Shown: piece by piece, positions 32,109 to 38,297 of the stretch | How the letters are laid out: the number at the start of each line of letters is the position of its first letter | Position numbering within the stretch: position 1 is the stretch's first letter | NCBI RefSeq assembly: GCF_001194135.2 | Contig: NC_068989.1 | Location: forward strand, 12,562,795 to 12,601,091 | Source: Octopus bimaculoides | Lineage: Eukaryota | Length of the DNA: 38,297 nucleotides | Direction: 5' to 3' | Notes under the pieces: model-generated | Seen by the model: only the letters and a program-made list of their open reading frames with translations | What the model was told of the DNA's origin: nothing | The model's database searches: none | Made by a program: the position numbers and the translations under genes

Positions 32109-33011
32109 ATATGTAATAGAATTTTCAACGTATCTTACCCATAGTGAAAAATCGATTATCACGAAATTGTTTTGCGCTCACTCTTTAGGACGGACTGAGC
32201 AAAATTTATCAAAATGATATATGTACACACCACCCCCAATAGGCACACTCGTCTATATACATATATATAAAAACATGTGTGTTTTCCTATATGATAAAAC
32301 CTGAGAAGGCTGCTTTGATTTGTAACCCTAATTCTCACCCCGCTGATCATCTGATCTGTGAAAATATCTATTTCTTCGTCGTATTCTATAATCTATATCT
32401 CTACGTCTGTTTACACGATTAAGCTTTAATTTATTTATGTTGCTCGGTATAATTCTTTATAGCCATGTCTTTGTATTTCGCATTATATTCTTCTTTCTGA
32501 CAATGGCTCTTCAATCTTTTTTTTTTATATTGCAGTTAATCAAACAAGTAGCATTCTTATAATGTAGGCAATAGACGTTAAGAAAAGAATGTATGAAACC
32601 AGAAAAAGAAGGTGATTGACAAAAATATAGATGGATCTTATAAGTAACAACAAAAGAAAAAAAACAAGTTTCAATTTTCTTGTTTTGAAGAGGAGCTTTC
32701 TGTACTTTCGTATTACATTTAAATTTTATGATGTAATTTGTTTACTGCAGGCTCTATTCAAGATATAATGAATTCCACGAATGCAATTTTAAAGTCTTTG
32801 AAAATTTCTAACCAATTTTATAAATAATGAAGAACACAACATTTCTTTTCATTGTAGACATGATCGGATATGCAACTACTAAACGAACGTAAAATCTGAT
32901 CAAAACAAATTATATAACTAACTGATTTTTATAAGAAAATCCTGTAATACATGGTGCCTAAATCACTGGAGCTACATAAGCTTCTGTAATCTGACAATAT
33001 TTTAAATAGAA

Positions 33012-33171
33012 ATGTATGTATGTATGTATACGTGCATGTATGTATGAATGCATACATGCATGTATGTGTACCTACGTACCTATGTATATATGTGTGTACG
33101 TACGAATGTATATATGTGTGTATGTACGTACGTATGTATGTACGTACGTATGTATCCATGTACCTAACTCG

Positions 33172-33208
<37 letters not shown>

Positions 33209-33239
33209 GCCTATCTCTCTCGCTCTCTCTCTCTCTCTC

Positions 33240-33330
<91 letters not shown>

Positions 33331-33375
33331 GTGTATATATATATATATATTTGTATATATGTATATAAGTATGTA
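33012..33375. repeat. Compound (TATG)/(TACG)/(TATC)/(TC)/(TA) microsatellite
   Basis: Direct reading. Confidence 0.95.
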
Positions 33376-33844
33376 TGCGTTTCTGGTTGTATAAATGAAA
33401 TATATATGTGGGCGTGCATGTTTGAGTGAGTGTATGTGATACCTCTACTCGATGCATGACTTGCGGGGAAGAGGAAAGCATTTCTCTACAGATCTGAGAA
33501 TGATTCCCTTGACTTTGAAGACCGTGATTTGTGGGTCAAAATTACGGCAGTTCAAACAACAATTTGAAAAATCTAAATCGTGACGAAAATGGAGACTTTT
33601 TAATGAACTCAATTTGTTTGAAATAGAGCTTACAGTCCAAATATCAATCTTATCTGTTAGATTTAGCTTTGTTGTTACTGTATTTAGTTCTGTGAAGAAC
33701 TGAGAGCTTCTTGGCATTTAGTACCCAATATCAGTTAAACAGATATACGCTGACATTTTTAAATGTGTTTGAATCAAAATACTACTAGTTTCCATGATTA
33801 TGAGAAAACGACTGGGAATCTTCTAATCAGTGACTGACAACTAA

Positions 33845-34390
33845 AGTGTAACTTAATGAAGTTGATCATATCTTGCACAGACCTTTTGCGATACAAATTT
33901 TAAAGTGTTAGCCTCCACATACTGGATCAAATTTTAGACACCTAAGCTGGAAAGGCACTAGAATATATGTATACCAACGCGTATTGCCGCGTAACGTGCA
34001 AATTAATGAAATTGCTCATATTTCGTACAGATGTATGTTTTTCANNNNNNNNNNTATATATATATATATATATATATAACAATGTGTATCTGCCAAGTAA
34101 CGTGTAAATCAATGAAGTTGCTCATATTATGTACAGACGTTTTACGATAGAAATTTTCAAATGTTAGCTTCTTCAACTGGATCAAATTTTATACACCTAA
34201 TTTGGAAAGGCACTAGAATATATGTATACCAACGCGTATTGCCGCGTAACGTGCAAATTAATGAAATTGCTCATATTTCGTACAGATGTATGTTTTTCAA
34301 TAGATATTTCCAAGTGTTAGCCTCGAAATGCTGGATCAAATTTCATATACTTTACGCTGGAAAGGCACTAGAATATATATACTAATGTGT
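33845..34390. repeat. Tandem array of ~150-bp units with two alternating variants
   Basis: aatgaa(g/a)ttg at 33855, 34005, 34111 and 34260; tggatcaaattt at 33923, 34178 and 34332. 33948-34044 is identical to 34203-34299. A 10-N gap lies inside. Confidence 0.85.
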
Positions 34391-35861
34391 GTCGTCTGCT
34401 TCATTACATCATACGTGGGAAAGCATATCTAGTGGAATGACGATAACGTTCTTCAAACCAGTAAGAAAGAAAATATAGAATTTAAAAATGTGATGTAGGA
34501 ATACTCTTAATCGTATAGAAGCGGAATAATTGACTTATTTTTGATTTTATAATCCAACAGTTCAACTTCGACATCGTTGATCGGAGTGAGATCATTGAGC
34601 TGCAGAAATACAAATGAATGGACACTGAAGTCAATGTGGTTCTTTCTGGAAACGACGTAATTCCAAGAAGAAAAAAAGTTGTCGATTGAAGGTAGGGATT
34701 TTCCTATAAAAATGCGATGAGCTGACCTTAAGCCGTTGAAATTCAACGAACGCTTCTCGACCCTGCTGAACAAGCTCATTTAACGCTAACAAGTCAATAT
34801 CGTCAGGCGATACGAGGTGAAATTACATCACCTTAACTGTATTACCATTTCGTTCGCTGCAACAACGATGCCAGAGTTGAATGACATTCCTGTGCAGATT
34901 TGCTGCAATGGCAAAGAACAAGCGAACACAACCAATAGCCTGAATACAATTGCTGATTACAAAGATGGTATTACACGGAAAATTACACATCAGGCCTATA
35001 CCAAACGTTGGTCCTTGTAATAAATATCATATTACAATATCAGTACAAACAAGATGTATTCCAACAAAAACTTGTAAATGGTAGGTTTAGACATTGAACG
35101 GACCATTGTTTCATTCCCGCCACCTTGAGGGAAAGTATATCGGTCCAGAAATGAATATCAAAATATGAACACCATCATTGGAAATTAGAATAACTCAAGA
35201 AATTAAATAAGAGAGAATTTTCAAAAGCTTTTTCATATCAACTATCTCAAAATCAACCGATAAAACACTGCTACCATCAGACTAAAGAACGCGCATATGA
35301 CACAAAAGAAATGTAAAGCTAAGATAGGGAGTTGGAACATCGATAGGGAGTTGGAACAACTGATAAATAAATTGCCAAGTACATCAAAATGTAGCGAACG
35401 ATGAAGAAAAGTGGTTGGCAAATGATGAGTATTGGGCGTAAAAAATGAAGTGGAGTGAGGCACAAACAAAAACCTCAGATAAATGGTTTCCAGACAGAAC
35501 AAACTTTCTTTCATTGGGAATAACTTTCAAACGTAAAATAAGACTTATAAACCATTTAAAAGTTCGTAATGAGATCAAGGAAAAAGGCCAACGAATTCGA
35601 CCTCGAGCAATTCCATCACACCGACACAACCCTCCACACATACATGCAAGTAGAGATACACATCCACACACACATACAAGTAGAGATACACATGCACGTT
35701 TAGGAAAGTATATTTACTTTAGAAAATCTCACTTTATATTATATTTGTGTAACTCTATTTCTCTTTGTAGCTTCATATATATATATATATATAAATACAC
35801 GCTTCTCATTTTCTGCCTCTTATATTTTATATCTTTAGTGTATCAGTTTATATATAGATAT

Positions 35862-35905
35862 GAGTGTATGTGTGTATATACATACACACACACACGCACA
35901 CACAC

Positions 35906-35988
<83 letters not shown>
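35862..35988. repeat. (CA)n-(TA)n microsatellite
   Basis: Direct reading. Confidence 0.95.
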
Positions 35989-36804
35989 GGGGGTAGAGGG
36001 ATGCATGAATGTATGTATGTGTATATCCATGTATATGAAAAGTAATAAAGAAAGCCAGATAGAGCGAGTGGGGAGAAAGAGTGAGGCAATTAGAATCCAT
36101 CGCTTGACGGTGGCGGCGTGTCGTTGTACAGAATGAAATTCACACAATATAACATTAAATTGCACTTCAGTTTTCTTTTAATGCTCAAGTCAAGTCTAAT
36201 TGGAAATAATATTAAATTTAGGAAGTTGAAATGGAGTGGGGGAAGCGGTGGAGTGTACCTATAGAATTATTACGAAGATGGAATATATTGATTTCAAAGT
36301 AATTCATCCAATGTCTAAGGACAAGTTGTGGGATATAATAATTTAATAGAATTTAATGAATGTGTTTGTATATGTGTGTAGTGTTTTCTATATCTGTGTA
36401 CATATTTGTGCGTATTCTCATCTAACCATATGAATATATGTATGGCGCTTCAAGTAAGATTCTGCTTAAAGTTGATGCGTTTTACATACAGATATATACG
36501 ACATAAGGGCAACTGATGTTGGTAGGTAAACGGAATAGAGTGACTGTTCATAATAGTAGACTTACTCTCTAGACTTACATGTATGCCTACATACATAGAG
36601 TAAAGCACACATCTATATCTTTTGAGTATGCATATATATACACACACATTTATTGTAGGTAGCAAGAAATATAAATGAAGACAAGCTTATGGAGATACCT
36701 TTTCTCCTTTGTGTATTTATATTTAATAAGAAATATAGTCTATACTACGCAGAATTAAAATTCTCATCGGTTGTAGTCAGTAGATATTCATGTTGATGTT
36801 TGTC

Positions 36805-36810
36805 ATATAT

Positions 36811-36886
<76 letters not shown>

Positions 36887-36970
36887 ATGTGCGTGTGTGT
36901 ATATGTATATATGTAAATATATATATGCATATATACATATGTGTATATATATACATATATATACATATTG
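36805..36970. repeat. (CA)n-(TA)n-(TG/TA) compound microsatellite
   Basis: Direct reading. Confidence 0.95.
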
Positions 36971-38253
36971 AGAGAAATAGAGAGAATGAATGTGGCATAT
37001 ATATGTAGATATAGGCATGTGTGCGTGTGTATGCGCGCAGACATTTGGGCGACTAAAAGTCACTTTAGCATGCAGCATTTAAATAGCTTACTGAGCCAAA
37101 ATATGTACGCTTCTTGGAAGTAAAATTTGGTTATTATATTATCACGAGTATTAATTAACACCTCTCTGAGAGTGAGACAGAAAGAGGGAAAGAGAGAGAG
37201 AGAGAGACAGAGAGATAGATTAGAGTGAGGGAGGTACATGAACCCATGCTGGAAATCAACGAAGGAATGAAAAACTATACACGGACACACAAAGACATAA
37301 AAATTTGCAAAAAAAAATGGACGAAATTCAATTTCGATTTTATGTATGGGCATGAAAAAAATATGCATAGGAATATGTTTAAAAAATTATATCCAATTAA
37401 TTTCAATGTAGGAGTAATAATTTTTGAAAACAATGAATAATCAAATAATAATATGACGTAATATGATATATAATATGATATCATAAATGTTCGCTTAGCC
37501 TGTATCCTGCCCGATAAGTTTCCATATGAAAAGATTAAAACATGAAATTAAAATCACTTATGGAATTTAGTGATCGAAAGTGACGGTTGGAAAAAAAGTA
37601 TTTAGGATTAGAAAAATACGAAAATACAACAGAATTATTTCAAAATTATGAATAAAATAGTAAATCATTCAGAAACAAAGATTTCGAAATCAGAGGAAAC
37701 GTAAAACGTCTACGACTTCGCAATAGTTTATCGTTACAGTTCAAGTTTGATTTGTGCTGAAACAAGATAAAATATTTCTCATTAAAGTCTACGGGCTTTT
37801 TGTAGAATAGCAGGATGTTAAAATCCATGCCTATATTGTAATTTTATTTTTCAAGATAGGTCTTTGGATTTTAAAAGGGTTAGAACGAATTAATTATAAT
37901 TGTCGTCCATCGTGTTATAAACTTATTCATTCCCTTCGTTTCCGAGATTTCAAGAAATTTCTGTATAGGTGAAATCACGTTTTGAAGCCGTGAAGTGGTT
38001 TCACTGTAAGATTTATACGTAAGGTTGTTATTGAACTTTACCGTAATCCCATAAACAACTAATTTAATCAAACAAATACTATTGTGAGGGGGATTATTTC
38101 TATTAAGAGAGGAGTATATTTCAACTGTTGGCATGAAAATAACTGAAATTACATGTAATTTATATATATATATGATAGAGAGAGAGAGAGTGGTATGCGA
38201 GCAAATGCCGCAAATCAACGAAGGAAGGAAAATGTATGTATGTATCTATACAC

Positions 38254-38254
<1 letters not shown>

Positions 38255-38297
<43 letters not shown>
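38255..38297. repeat. (TA)n microsatellite at the window edge
   Basis: Direct reading. Confidence 0.97.

Noticed and set aside
35445-35996. 183-aa ORF as CDS
   Set aside because: No recognisable domain, and the second half is microsatellite. The same applies to the many YI/HT/CV-repeat ORFs throughout the track.

Overview
Gene-free, AT-rich, repeat-dense eukaryotic DNA. The tRNA-headed SINE families, compound (TA)/(CA)/(TATG) microsatellites and short N gaps point to an octopus short-read assembly (inference from my recollection of octopus repeats; no database check). I cannot support any host protein-coding exon, tRNA gene, rRNA gene or CRISPR array. Almost all supplied ORFs are microsatellite or SINE read-throughs. 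The window contains about 30 SINE copies or fragments from four to five families, which I label A-E. It also holds decayed relics of four retrotransposon types: a Penelope-like RT (-), a CR1-like RT (-), an RTE 3' end (+), and an R4/Dong-like zinc-knuckle/RLE 3' end (+) split by a SINE with a 17-bp TSD. Three long fold-back or MITE-like inverted repeats and a ~150-bp tandem array with dimeric structure are also present. Most notable: a stack of about 12 co-oriented family-A SINEs (7.5-12.7 kb), a SINE strand-polarity flip near 14.1-14.6 kb, a 76/78-identical tract shared by two inverted SINEs 17 kb apart, a degenerate hammerhead-like core, and an 18/19-nt match to let-7. Assembly gaps: 14139-14148, 15886-16126, 20374-20383, 23313-23580, 25829-25884, 30076-30151, 34045-34054. 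Boundaries of old repeats are approximate (tens of bp), and protein-family comparisons are by eye from remembered consensus motifs.
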